This document shows, in pieces, positions 26,864 to 57,317 of a stretch of DNA of 64,000 nt. Location of the stretch: NCBI GenBank assembly GCA_012295275.1, contig CM022669.1, positions 18,786,001 through 18,850,000 on the forward strand. Direction: 5' to 3'. The position numbers and the translations under genes were made by a program. Under the pieces are notes generated by a model. That model was not told where the DNA came from and made no database searches. It saw only the letters and a list, made by a program, of their open reading frames with translations. The first letter of the stretch is position 1. The number at the start of each line of letters is the position of its first letter. Source of the stretch: Chrysomallon squamiferum (taxonomy: Eukaryota; Animalia; Mollusca).

Positions 26864-27262
26864 ATGTTGTGGATTTTCGCCACACTTATAGTGTCAGGGT
26901 ACGCGGTACGGCTGGAGGAGAGAGGTTACTTAAAACTTCCTATTAACGACAACGGCGACTTCAAGTTCGGCGTGGAGTCAGCGACCGAGAGCGATATTGA
27001 TCCTTTGACTCAGACTATGTATGTCGTGGGTAGGTACAGTGGGTGGGCTTCATACAGATTAATCTCCCTTTGTTATAGTCATGTTATATCAGTGGCCCAA
27101 GCACGCCGTTCATGGGCAAAACGTTTAATACGTCAGTTTGTGCTGAACGTGATTAAGAATAAATTAAATATAAATTTAAAAAGATTTTTTTTTTTTTTTA
27201 AATGCATTTATTTGTAATTTTCATTTGGTTAATATTAAGTTCATTTTTCTTCATTATCTTCT

Positions 27263-27311
<49 letters not shown>

Positions 27312-27944
27312 AATTATTTATTCTTTATTTTTAATTTTTCTGAAAAATTTATTCAATGTGTCATTTTTCTTTAATGAAATTCTAAAATATAAAAACAAAA
27401 AAAAAAAAAGTTTCTCATAATAATAAGAATAATAAAAATAATAATTTTATACATTATTAAAATATATGTCATTCATAATTTAATCATGAATTAAAAAATA
27501 ATGTAATAAAAAAAAAAAAATGGACAGTAAATCGGTGAAAGATCTATCATCAGCATACAATGATTATCATTTCAGTCCATAACTTTCTTAATTTTTAAAT
27601 TTGTCCCAAAGGTTCGGGAACGTCCATGATTCATGTGGTCGACACAATAAACCTCAATGGCTTGAGTCTTAGAGCTTCGCAGACTTTCACTGGGTCGTTT
27701 GGAAAACCGCTGGACGTCCAAGTTTGCAGAACCACGTCAGAGTGGGTTCATTTTTCTCCTTTTTGTTTTATTTTATTTCATTTTACTTTCTTGATATAGA
27801 ATTACGAATAAAACATAATAAAATAATAATGAAAATTCACTATAGGAATAAGTTATCCGAGAAATGCATACGTATAAATAGTAAACACAAAAACACGATA
27901 CTACATACAAACATATGAAGAGATGAATAGTCAGACAGATAGAC

Positions 27945-28026
<82 letters not shown>

Positions 28027-28481
28027 CAGACAGACAGACAATCAATCATTCGTTATATAAGTTGATTTAATTTAAATTGTCAAATTACAGCCACGCTTTT
28101 GTCGCCATTTCATTCGAGGGTGTAAACAATGTAGCTGAAAACGGTCACGTGCATATTTATCCCCTGGGGTCGGGAATTAGAACTGATTTCAATGATCTTA
28201 CCGGAGTTTCAAGACAAGTTGGTAATTTCCTTTCTTTCACTTTCGGTTTCTTCATTCATACATACATACATACATACATACATACATACATACATACATA
28301 CATACATACATACATACATACATACATACATACATACATACATACATACATACATACATACATACATACGTATATATATACACATACACACACATTCACC
28401 ACACATATACACACTTTTATATTTTTATTTTAATTTTATATTGTATTATATTGGTTTTTATTACAGTGCTGCACTGTGCTA

Positions 28482-28530
<49 letters not shown>

Positions 28531-29777
28531 TAAGCTGAACCTGTTGTTGTAATTGTCAGAGTCAACATCGTCATTGTCATAATCACAGAAGTCCAGAAGG
28601 ACCAATTTCAAATTCTAGCTAATGATAAACAACCATTGTTTCAAAATATATATAAAAGATGCAAGTCGGTACTGAACAGGAATAACATAGATCTTCTTTT
28701 AAATGCAATATTTCACAACTAATAACAGCTATGTTGAAAATGTAGATTGATCGATCACCAACGAAGAAAGAAGATATTATCATTTAACTCAACGCATGCT
28801 TAATCTAAAGTTGTTTGGTTAAAGGTTAAAGGTTAAAAGCCGTAAAAAACAAAACAAAAACAACAACAACCAAACAACAAAAATAAACCAAACAAAAACC
28901 AAAAAAAACAACAACAACAAGCAACGGGTTATCCAATGATATTTTACCTGCAGTTTCCCTCAGACATGAAACACATACCATGCCATCTAATAATACAGTC
29001 TAGCGAACTGTCTATTACAGTTCACGAAACAAAAGGTCCACTATAAAGGATCGATCCTTCGACCTAGCACATCTCGGCAGTAAGTACTGAGATGCGTGTC
29101 AAATGATCATCTGACTAAACAAGTCTTATGTAGGTTTTAATTGTTTCTTTAATTTCCGAATTTCAGCTGGCGCTTACCCAGATAACATTCAGTGGACTTC
29201 AGACTGCAAGAAGCTGGTGATTTCAAACGAGGGAATCCCGTACGTGACAGGCAACACGTACATTGACAAGCCGGGAGAGATCTACGTCCTCGACGTGGGC
29301 GACGACGGCTCTGTGCAGTCTAGAACAGAAATTGGTTTCATTAAATATGACTCGCAAAATGAACTGTGAGTCTGTTGTTGTTGTCGTACTTCTTAGTTTT
29401 AATTTTTTTTTTTTTTTTTTTTTTTTTGTGGGCAGTTTAAAAAAAAGTTCTTGTCTCGTTTCTTTATTTTATATACATATATATTTAAATTAAAACTTAA
29501 ATATTGTTAATCACTTTAATTCGGATTATCTTAGTGAATATTAAATTATCTTCCTTAAGCATTAATTTCATAACAAACCAGTATATTGGTGCAGTGAGAT
29601 CAATGGTTGTATTCTTCGTAATTGCGTTTTTTCAAGACATTGTTATCTACGGTCCCTTTTGAGCATTTTTATTTATTTGTTAATTATTTACTTATTTATC
29701 TAATTATTTTATTTTATTTTATTTTATTTTATTTTACCTATTTTATTTCAGGTATTTTATATAAATATATATATATA

Positions 29778-29848
<71 letters not shown>

Positions 29849-31410
29849 TTTGCTAATATCTCTCGTATTTGCCTAAGTACTATTACTATTTTTCTTGTAG
29901 AGAACACTTACTGGCGGAAGGTTTCAGGTATTCAGTACGAAGTAACCCGTACGACAGTTCACAGACAATTCTGGTTTCTCAAAACATAGAACCTGAATAC
30001 ATCACCATCAACAACGACAACTCCGTCGCTTACGTCACTCTGCAGGTGAGTTATTTTAACTGCGTCATTAAGGTTTGACTAGTGCAGTTATTTTAGGACT
30101 AAACAGTTAATTAGTCAGAAGCAACTGTTTTAGAACTCGACTTCAAAATGGCGTCCAGTGTTCATGACGTCTGCTATCGAATTATTTAACTTTAAAAGTG
30201 CCAGATATTTATTTATTTATTTATTTATTTCTATATTTTTATCTATCATATAAATAAATAAATAAATACATGCATAGATATGTATATGTATATATATATA
30301 TATATCCATATGTATGTATGTATGTATGTATGTATATATTAATATTAGATAATATATATATATATATATACTGCCTTAAAACAAAAAAACAAATTTATCA
30401 ATCAGAATTTTGCTATCAGTTTCATTCTATCAGTTTATTATCTTTTTTTATTATTATTATTTTTTAATAATTAAAAAATGTTGTACTTCAGGAAAACAAT
30501 GCCATTGCTAGAATAAACTTAATCGGAACTCCGTCACTGATTGACGTGAAGGCTCTTCATCTGAAAGACTGGAACCACCACGCTGTTAGCATTGACGCCA
30601 GCGACAAAGACAATGAACGGGGAAGTAAGTCGTAAATTCTACGACTGTTTGTTTTAGAAGTCGTAAGATTAAATTACAAGTTTCAAGACCTTTTGATTTA
30701 AAATGGGCATCGTAAATTAACATTTTGCGATGATTTGATTTTGAAAATGTCTCGAAGATTATTTTCTTAAACAGTTAACATTATAATTATGAGTGCTATA
30801 ATGGTATAATAATAGTAAATAATTTTTTAATAATATAGACATGATATAACTAAACTGCTGAATAATAATAACTATCTGATCATGAAAATTAAATCAGATT
30901 GTAATAAAGACCAATTGCTAAAAAAAAAAATAATAATAAAATAATAATAATAATAATAAATGAACTAAATAAACAGTTATATTTAAAATAACAACAATTT
31001 TTTTTTAAACAGTTATATTTAAATTAATAATAATATTTTGTTTAAATAATAAAGCAATAACGACCATCAGATAATTAAAAATAACATGATATGATTAAAT
31101 TAGTTTTAAAGACCATTTGTTGTAAATAATAATTTGTTATTTAAAAATAATAAAGTATTTATGAAGACAAAATCACAAGCGTATTAATGATCATATTAAA
31201 AATGAAAATATCTAAGGCAACTGTTTCTTCTGAAAATTAACAGGAATATCGCCAGTTTGTTTAAAAACAAAATAACATAACATGACTGTAAAAGCTTATA
31301 ATTAAAAAATAATAATAATAAAAGTTATAATAACGACCATCCTACTATCAAAAATTAACATGGTATTTCAAAATCACCGTTTTAAAAGTGAACATTTGAC
31401 GCAATATATG

Positions 31411-31453
<43 letters not shown>

Positions 31454-32201
31454 TAACAACAACAACAATAATAATACCATATATTAGTAACTTACAGGAG
31501 TTATAACAACAAACATTTGTTCCAGAAAAAATGAACACCACAAGATATCGGTTCTTTGATGAACTTTTCCTAAAAAATATTTATTTATTTCAGCAAACAT
31601 GAAGAGAAGAAAAATCAAGACGTACTACCAGCCTGACAAAATTGCTCTGTTAAACTGGCAGGGGTCGCCTTTCTTAATAACCACAGACGAAGGCAAGAAG
31701 ATGGATATTCCAGACTGCGACAGAGATGGTTGTTCTGATAACATGCGTGCTGGTGACATCACAGGTACAGAGAACAGGGGAAAAGTCATCTTTTTAAGTG
31801 TGCGTTCAAAAATGGGCGAAACTTTTGTCCAAAAGTTGCTTGCATGCCAGTGAAATTTTTTGCCAGTATTTTGTCTTTTAAATCATGCGACGCCAAAAAT
31901 TATACATCCATTTATTTTTTTAGTCAGTTTAAGGTTTTTTAGTTTTCATCATCGAAACCACAGAGTTTAAGGAACTAGTTTTAATTGTATTTCACAATTT
32001 TATTTATTTATTTTTTATTCGTTTTATTTGTTTGTTTGTTTATTTTATTTATTTATTTTATATGTTATTTGTTTTTATTTTTTTCATTCATTCTTTCATT
32101 CATTATTTATTTATTTATTTCAGACTGGAATCTAAACGATGTTGAATTGGAAACGGAAATTGCCGATCCAGCTCTGCTTGGTATTGTTGTTGTTGTTGCT
32201 G

Positions 32202-32265
<64 letters not shown>

Positions 32266-32841
32266 CTTTTTAGAAAAAAAAAAGTATCATTAAAACAATA
32301 TCAACTTTTTTTTTTGTTAAAGAAATTAATGAAATTATTACATTAGAAATAAAATAAAATGAATAAACGATTGAATAAATTCAGAAAGAAAACAAACAAA
32401 AAAACAAGGAAAATTTCAGTCAAGTCCAAAATGTTTTGAATGAGAAAAACTGAAATAACCATAATATGTCTATCAAATCGAGGGAGGTAAACAAAACAGC
32501 TACGATACCCATTTTAATATCTGGCGAAAGAATAAGAACGCTGGACTAAATTTATAAGTAAGAATACAGGGAAAAGAATATTTAGAAAACAAAAAAAAAT
32601 AATTTAGCTTTACTTACCTGGAAGGAGGGTTTTCATTCTTTGGTTATTCTTTTTCTTTCTGTACGTCGAGTCACAAACGTTTTGCGTCATGTAGCATTTA
32701 TGACGTCATAGAAAGATGAGGAGATAAGCAACCCAAAAGAGTTCAGTTTAAGTATTATTTTGCAGTGTTAAATATACTGTATTGCAATTCTATCTGACTA
32801 AAAAAAAAAAATAATAATAATAAAAGTAAAAATAATAATAA

Positions 32842-32872
<31 letters not shown>

Positions 32873-32879
32873 AAAATAA

Positions 32880-32922
<43 letters not shown>

Positions 32923-32924
32923 GA

Positions 32925-32971
<47 letters not shown>

Positions 32972-33392
32972 GAAAAATGCATATTTAAAAAAAACTTTAA
33001 CAGTTTCCATTAGGCATTAATTAATTAATAAAAAGAAGGACAGTTCACTGTAACAAATCTCGTTTGAAAATGTCTAACATTTTCTATGTACACCGAACTC
33101 AACTCCTGTATTTCATTAACTCAGTCACTAACTAAACAAACTTCGTTCACTGACGTCATACTTGCAGGACGACTGTTCGTGGAGACTCGCTCTAAGGACG
33201 AGGTGAGAGGGTTTGGGGGTCGAGGCTTCTCGATTCTCGATCTTGGCGAGCGCAGAGTGTACGAAAGCGGCGACGACATTGAAGCTCACAGCCGGCGACA
33301 ACCCGAAACGTTCAACGGCGCCTGCAGCGGCAACGGCTCCCTGACGCCCGTGGACGAGGTTGACGTGACGTCAGCAGAATACGTAAGAATTT

Positions 33393-33427
<35 letters not shown>

Positions 33428-34241
33428 AATAAATAAATGATGATGAATATAAATTATAATTAATCTTGAAACAAGCAAATAAACATACAAAAATTTAAAT
33501 AAGCATATAGACATAAACAAACAAACAAACAAACAAACAAATAAATAAATAAATTAACATACTTTGGTTCCATTATCAACAGATAAGCATCAACTTCATT
33601 ATATTATTTCAGGGACCCGAGTTAAACAGTCTTGCCATAGGGTCTTGGGACGGCGACACCTTCTTGTTTTTCGGCGGAGGTCAGAACGGGAAAATCTACG
33701 TTTTTGCTCTGAACCCGACTGTGACAGCACGTCCGCTCCCAGTGTTCCAGGACAAGGTGAGGAGGATGCCCGACCCCACCAGAACCTGGGACGACCTTCA
33801 CGCCAATGGATTGGCCGGAGATGCTGGAATTGTCGACCTAAAGTATGTAAAATTAATACGACTTTCTTTAACGATTTTTTTTTCTTTAACAGCAGCTGAA
33901 CATTTTCTTTTATTCTTAGAGAGGTATATGAGCTCGTACGTTTGTTTTTTTGTTGCTGTTGTTGTTAGTGGTGGTGGTGGTAGTTTTTTTTCTTCTTCTT
34001 CTTCTTCTTCTTCTTCTTATTATTATTATTAGTTGTTGTCATTGTTATTGTTTTTGTGGTGATGATGTTTATTATGATGTATTGCATTTTATTACATTAA
34101 ATTTCGAATGTAACCCCAGTATCTTATTTTATGTATTTTTATTATGTTTGTTTGGGCTTTCTCTCATGATTATCATCATCATCATCATCATCATCATTAT
34201 TATTAGTATCATCATCATTATCATTATTATTATCATCATCA

Positions 34242-34297
<56 letters not shown>

Positions 34298-34439
34298 TTT
34301 ATCATCATTATCATCATTTTTATTATTGTATTTCAGATTTGACAATGATCGGCACGCTCTGTTTGTGGTGTCGGCCAAGTCAAGCAGTGTTTCAGCGTAC
34401 GAGCTGGTTGATCGCACATCGATTCTCTTCATAGCTTAA
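26864..34439 (+). CDS. msp130-like: MSP130-like secreted protein, copy 2 (subfamily A; 559 aa, 11 coding exons)
   Basis: Exons 26864-27029, 27612-27741, 28091-28221, 29167-29365, 29901-30045, 30492-30624, 31594-31764, 32124-32180, 33168-33382, 33613-33842, 34337-34439 (1680 nt, open). Signal peptide MLWIFATLIVSGYA. Motifs: GAYPDNIQWTSDC, SNEG, IEPEYI, TLQENNAIA, IDASDKD, QPDKI, TTDEG, LGRL, GFGGRGFSI, YESGDDIE, GPE. The upstream exon ends ATG|gtaagt at 25761, in frame. AATAAA at 34531. Confidence 0.9.
28920..29100 (-). mobile_element. Degenerate tRNA-derived SINE (second family), minus strand
   Basis: The reverse complement has a B-box-like aggatcgatcc followed by the body ggtatgtgtttcatgtctgaggga, similar to the bodies at ~38740 (gtatgtgatctcctgtcagtggga) and ~58510 (catgttttcctgtctatggga). 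Confidence 0.5.
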
Positions 34440-35080
34440 AAACTCAGTGTGTTAGTAGCTCACACAAACAGTTTATAACAGGACATGTGCTGTACAAACC
34501 ACACAGTCCGCGTGTGTTTCTGTAATGCTGAATAAAAAGTGTTGTGTTACGTATTTAAGCCGTCTTGTGTGTTTTTTATAGTTTTTCTACTGTTATTTAT
34601 TTTTTATTTTTTTGTTATTTTGTTTGTTTTGATTTGTTTAATTGTTTATTATTATTATTATTATTATTATTATTTATTTTTTTTTATTATTTATTTATTT
34701 ATTTGTTTGTTTGTTTCTTTATTTGTTTGTTTGTTTCTTGATTTGTTTGTTTGTTTGTTTGTTTGTTTGTTTGTTTGTTTGTTTTTCTTTAATCAAATTT
34801 ATTCTGCATGATCTGCCTACCTCTAACGCACGCATTCATACATACATACATACACTTCATATACAGATACCACAAACACATACACAAAAAAAACCTACAA
34901 CAACAACAAACATTCATCCACACAGACACGCATCATACACACACAATATAATAAACAATACAAATTTAACTAAGTTTAGCCGATGCATCCAATTTTTTCG
35001 ACCCTCACCCATTATTCGCTCCTTCTTTTAAACTGCTGTATTAAAAAGAAGCACTTATAATGTGTTAAGTAATAATAATA

Positions 35081-35160
<80 letters not shown>

Positions 35161-36329
35161 ATATAATAATAATAATAACAACAACAATAATAATAAAGGA
35201 AAGAAAAACAAATTCTACGTCAGCTTAGATTTTAACTGTTATTACACTGCATTTTATTTTTATTTTTTCTTGCGTGTGTGTGTGTGTGTGTGTGCGTGTG
35301 TGTGTCATTATTTTTTTTTCTTCATAAAATTATGAGTTTAATGTAAAGTGTTTAAAACCATTATCACACACTGACCGTTGTTACTTTTCATGATCCACGC
35401 TTAATGATATTCCCAAATTCATTATTTCTCCTAAATTTTTTTTTCAAATTTATTTTCCTTCACATTACATCCTTGACCTACTAATACCTTTGTGTACTTT
35501 AAAAAGTTCACTAAACATTCTACATAAAATACAGTTTCAGGATTAAAATTTAAAAAAGATAGGTTTATCTCTCAAGGCTACATTTTCGACATGATATTAC
35601 AGTTCCCACTGTAGGTGTGGATTCTGTGTGCTGTAAATCTTCTGTATATCTACATGTCTATTTATCAGTCTTGTCCGTCTGTCTGTCCATTTGGATGTGT
35701 GTATGTTTATTCTGATAGAAAATTTAATTTGACGCTTTAGTTTTTACCATTAAAATATGAAGATACTAATTTCTCATTCTTCAGAAAAATGTTTCCATTC
35801 TTATTACAACCATTTGAAATTTGCATATATTGCATATATTAAAGGTGAATAAAGGTGCTTACATTAATATTCAACTTTGAGAATCGTGTTGTCATTTACG
35901 TTTTATCTTTTAAAATCAGCCATGTTTTAATCATTATTAATATGATTAAATTCATTTTTCTCCCATTATAAATTTTTTGTTGATTCGTCTTTTATCCAGT
36001 ACAAATATGTTTACGTTAAACATTACATATCAGCTTAAATTATTTTTAGTCATTAGAAATTTCCTTGTATATTCGGGTTTTATCTATAACAAATAAAAGT
36101 ACATTCATGCTTCAGTTGTTATAAATCTGATTACATTCATGTTTAAACATTAAAAATTGTGATTAGGATTCACGTTCCATGGACAATAAATAAGCTTACA
36201 TTTCAACCATTTGAATCATGTTCATCTTTGCGTTTCTACCAGCTTAAACGAATTTAAAACTTCATATTGGCACAACCTACACATCTGAGCCAAAGTTTTA
36301 GAAAATCGGAAACAAGAAAAAGTGGAGCA

Positions 36330-36440
36330 TTTTATATCCTTCCAATTACGTGTAGACTGAAACGGACAATACAGGGATTCGATCTGTGAATCTACTAGTC
36401 TTCGGCACAATAACGTAACCACAGTACCGCCATGTCTAGT
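36330..36440 (-). mobile_element. Degenerate tRNA-like SINE head
   Basis: Minus strand atggcggtactgtggttacg...cacagatcgaatccctg has A-box/B-box-like spacing. Confidence 0.35.
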
Positions 36441-36782
36441 TCGGTACGTTAGTTTCTAATATTAACTTACGTGTGTGTGTCTTATCGTCTTGGATTTAAC
36501 TTTGTCCACGCGCGCCTTCCCACCACCTGGGAGCGTCCCAACACTGTCACACTTTCACAAAAGACGGTCAAGTGTCTTCGACATCTTAAAACCCATCATG
36601 TAAGCAGTATTATATTTATTTGGTTATTTATTTATTTAGTTAGTTAGTTAGCTAGTTAGTTAGTTAATTATTTTGTTCTTTCGTTCGTCCGTTCGTTTCT
36701 GTGAATATTTTTTGTGGTTGTTTGTGTCTTTGTTTCTTTATTTCATTTCTTTTTTTTTTTTCAGCTTTAAATAAAATAATTT

Positions 36783-36923
<141 letters not shown>

Positions 36924-37570
36924 TTGTGCTTTCGTATTTCATTTTCAAAGAAAGCATATCATATATTTATTTTTTGTTATTTATGTTTAGTCAGAATATG
37001 TATTGTAATAAGATTCCTGGAACTACCAGTGTCTAAAATTATATTTTAAAATCTTAAACAGAAATATTTCGCAACAGAAGCAAACATCGTCACAAAGATA
37101 CTAAATGTAATTTACCGTAAATTTAATATGTAAATTGTCTGCAGACATTTAACAGACCGAAAATTTGTTGAATGAAAATCATAACATGCTCGCCTGTATT
37201 TATTTATTTATTTAGATAGTTAGTTAGGTGGGTAATTAGATAGGTAGGTAGGTAGTTGGTTAGTTAGCTAGTTAGTTAATTATTAACTTAGTTACCTACT
37301 TACGTACTTACAAATGTATCCGTTTATCTATTAATTTATTATCTCCTTACTTACGCACCTATTTTATTTATTTTTTATTTTATTTTATTAAATTAAGTTA
37401 TTTTACTTATTAAATTAATTAATTAATTTATTTATTTATTTATTTATTTAGCTGTACATATTTGTACCTAACAGACAGTCTTCATTTCCTTTTAAAGGTT
37501 CTCATTGTATATTTTGTTACAGTAAATGTTTTTTTTTTTTATTATTATTTCAGCCGCTGACATTTCTGTC

Positions 37571-42601
<5,031 letters not shown>

Positions 42602-43329
42602 AACAATAAACAATAAATAAATAACACGACTTTCATCTGTGTTTCTGTTAATAATAAAAGAACATTCGTGTCATTGTAAAATATCTGAATCATCGCCTTT
42701 GTTACTTTATTTGTTGATTTGTTCTTGTTGACAATTTGTCATCTTTTAAATTTTAATAATTTTTTATTTATTTATTTATTTATTGTTGTTGTGATTGCTG
42801 CTGCTGCTGTTGTTGTTGTTGTCGGAGAAAGAGAGGTTAGGAACTTTATTATTCCTTTCTCTTCGGTCGAAATAAGGTTTTGTTTTGTGTGTGTGTGTGG
42901 GGGTAATTGTTCCAAATATTTACGATAACAAATATTAAATGCAACAACGATAAAAGAAACTACCATGTAACTGATATATATATGAGATTAAAAACACAGC
43001 CAATACAGATAATAAAATCCACACAACCTGTGTATGTATAAGAACAATGACCTACGCGTATATAGTAAGATGATTATTCCTTCCGCGACGTTGTTCTTCA
43101 TGTTACTGTGTTTCTTCATTCTGCATAAATAAGCCAACCAACAAACAAACAAATAAATAAATAAATTCACCATAAATAAAAAAAAAAAAAAAACCCACCA
43201 ACAAAACAGCTGAGTAACAGCAAAAATCTCTCTGTAACAAATTTTGCGTGTTATAAAAGCAAGTACACGTATTGTGATATTTCACGTTCTATTTTATTTT
43301 CACCCATTTTATTGTATGTCTGTTTATAT

Positions 43330-43424
<95 letters not shown>

Positions 43425-44492
43425 GAGTTACAAAATTTAAAAATAATAAAAATCTGTGTGTGTGTGTGTGTGTGTATTTTAAGTTCTGAATTTGATTTCA
43501 AGGATGAAGGTGAAATGTATTTTTAATTTTTTTATATGACATATGTTATTTCTGTCTCTTCTATCAGTCGTGACAATGAAGTCTCGATCATTATCTTATC
43601 TTCTTCAAGCATGCGCACTTTCCCACTAGGTAGGAGTTGGCAACAAACAGTTTACACTACGAAAGACCCATCCTTAAATTTTTTTCATTTACATTGCTCT
43701 GCCGGTGAGTATTTTGAATTTTAACTTTATTAGACCGTTTGAAATAGCAGTAAAAATTAATCATTTAGACATTAACAAAAAAAAAACAAAAAAAATACAA
43801 AAAATTGATCCGGTCTATATTCTTCTTTTCGATCTTTCTTTTTTTTAATTCTGTTTTCTTTTTCCTTGTTTTCTATTTTATTTTATTTTATTTTTATTTT
43901 TTGTTGTTATTGTTGTTTTGTTTTTCATCTTATTCGTTTTATTATTCTTATTATTTTCTTCCTGTTATAAAATTATTTTCTTAATACCAGTATAGTTAAT
44001 ACTTTACTGTTTCGTAAATTTATAAGCTATTTAACTATTAATGTCCAGATTATACGGAAATAAATTAACATTATAAAGCAAACAAATCTGCAAGATGTAG
44101 AAACTAACCTATTTTAATTGCAATTCTAACACAATAAAATTTAATTAAAAACAGTCTGCTGTAGTTTTCTTGTAATTTATTTATACTTTTATAAATCCAT
44201 TAATAATGCGGATTTATTTTCCGAAGACTGACAGAAAGATTTTTAAATTATAAATCTTTGACTTTACGTAATGGTAACAGAGTGTAGGTATTCATGTAGT
44301 TGTCACAACTGAAGCAGTAACAATATAAAAAATGAAATTATAATTATCGTAGCAATTCTTAAACTAGCAGAAACTGTACTTGATGACATAGAGGTGGAAG
44401 CAGTAATTGAAGTACACCAGAATCAGAACAAGAGCAGCAACAAATATGTGACGTTTTGTTTATTTCTTATTTTAACAGTATTCCGTAACACG

Positions 44493-50083
<5,591 letters not shown>

Positions 50084-50249
50084 CAGCACGTGTTAACTCT
50101 AATAAACAAACAAACCTGTTATTACTCTTCTTTGTTTTGTTATAACATACACTCCTTTCCATTTTAAAATTACCATTATTATCATCACCACCATCGTCTT
50201 CGTTTTCTTCTTCTTCTTCTTCTTCTTCTTCTTCTTCTTCTTCTTCTTC

Positions 50250-50292
<43 letters not shown>

Positions 50293-50405
50293 CATCATCA
50301 TCATCATCATTACTGTTGTTGTTGTAATCGTTATTTGTATTGCTGCTGTTCTTGCTGAAGTCGTTGCTGTCGTTGTTGTTATCTTTTCATTTTGTGTGTG
50401 TGTGT

Positions 50406-50471
<66 letters not shown>

Positions 50472-51624
50472 ATATTTATAAAACTTAAAAGTGAACATAT
50501 CAAATTTCGCAATTTGTAATATTTTGGTGTCACTAAATTTCTGCCACTAAATTTATATGTGTGCATGCAACAGAAATATATAAAGCTAGAGACACACACA
50601 CACAAACACAGACAAGTAAAAACCTAGAGAGACACACAGACAGAAAAACTGACGGATAGAGAAACAGACAGGTAGATAAATGAGAGATAGACACCTATCT
50701 ACCTCTTACTTGCCTATATACAAACATACACACCTATATATTCAACCATGCATATATACTTATGTATCTGCTTATGTGCATACATACATACATACATACA
50801 TATATACACAGAAACATATATGCACATTTAAATACACACACACACACACACACACACACACGAAACTGATTCCTAAAGTATAATGAATTTTTCGTAAAGG
50901 TACTGTCACAGAAGCATGATTTCTGGTACACAGCAGTCACGCACAAAACATTTACTTGTGTGACAGAATCTTTATGCAGTTTTAAATGCAAACAGTTGCA
51001 TTGTTATGACGCAGTACAAATGTTTTATCAGTCAGATGTCAGATCACAGACTTTATCAAAAATTTCTTTGCTGAACTTTGTTTTTTCTTGTTGTTTTTTT
51101 AAACCTTTTATACATATCATCTCATGCTAAATTAAGGTAGGTTAATTTAGATTTCACTCTTGCATTTGATTACAATTAAACAATTATGTGACTAGTTTAT
51201 AACAGTGTACATATATGTGTGTATATTCATACGTTTGTTTGTTTGCTTATTTATTTATTTATTTTTATATTTTTTGTTTGTTATTATTATTATTATGTTG
51301 TTGTTGTTTTTGTTTTTTTCTTTATGTTTCCTATAGATTCAGGCTGGTTACCAGCATTGCTGTTTGCCAATTGATAATTCGCTAGCAATATGTGGGTTTG
51401 CAAATTTTTTTAAATAACATACATGTAAATGTTAAAGCGACTAGTTTGTAGATGATGTGGATAGGTAGGTAGGTCGACAGCTAGGTAAGTGGGAAGGTGT
51501 TTGATTACAAATAAAATTATTTATTTCATTTTTTTTACTTTGGTGGATTTTTCTCTATTTTATAATATTTTACAAGATTTCACATAAAGCCTATGTGTGC
51601 TGATGTGTATATCCTTGTTAGTCA

Positions 51625-51775
<151 letters not shown>

Positions 51776-51862
51776 TCACCCGCACGCTAATACCCAAATT
51801 ACTTAGACCTATGCACTCTTTGCTTCATCTTGTATTTTCTATTTTATTTATTTAAGCTGATC

Positions 51863-56938
<5,076 letters not shown>

Positions 56939-57279
56939 TCAGAATTAAAATCAATTAACATCAAATACTTTGATAGCTTGTTGTTTTACTGTTGGTAGTT
57001 TTGAATCTGTCAATCATTTATTGATATAAATCATATACACATACTGATGACTTCTGTTTGGGCATAAAAACACATTAAAGAAAAAGTCACAAAGACAAAA
57101 AAGAAAACGTATGTAGTATCTGAAATAATTCTCATAAAAACTAAGTTAATATATTACTCAGTCAGGAAAATGAGCATTATTATATATTTTTATTTACTTT
57201 TTACTACCATGACATCTAGTAAACAAATTTCACAAAGTTATTTAATTTTCATGATTATCATCTTGACAGTTGAGTAAGT

Positions 57280-57317
<38 letters not shown>

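Noticed and set aside
32611-32630. U1 snRNA gene (tacttacctgg)
   Set aside because: Only the first ~11 nt match and the rest of U1 is absent. It is better explained as a minus-strand consensus splice donor.
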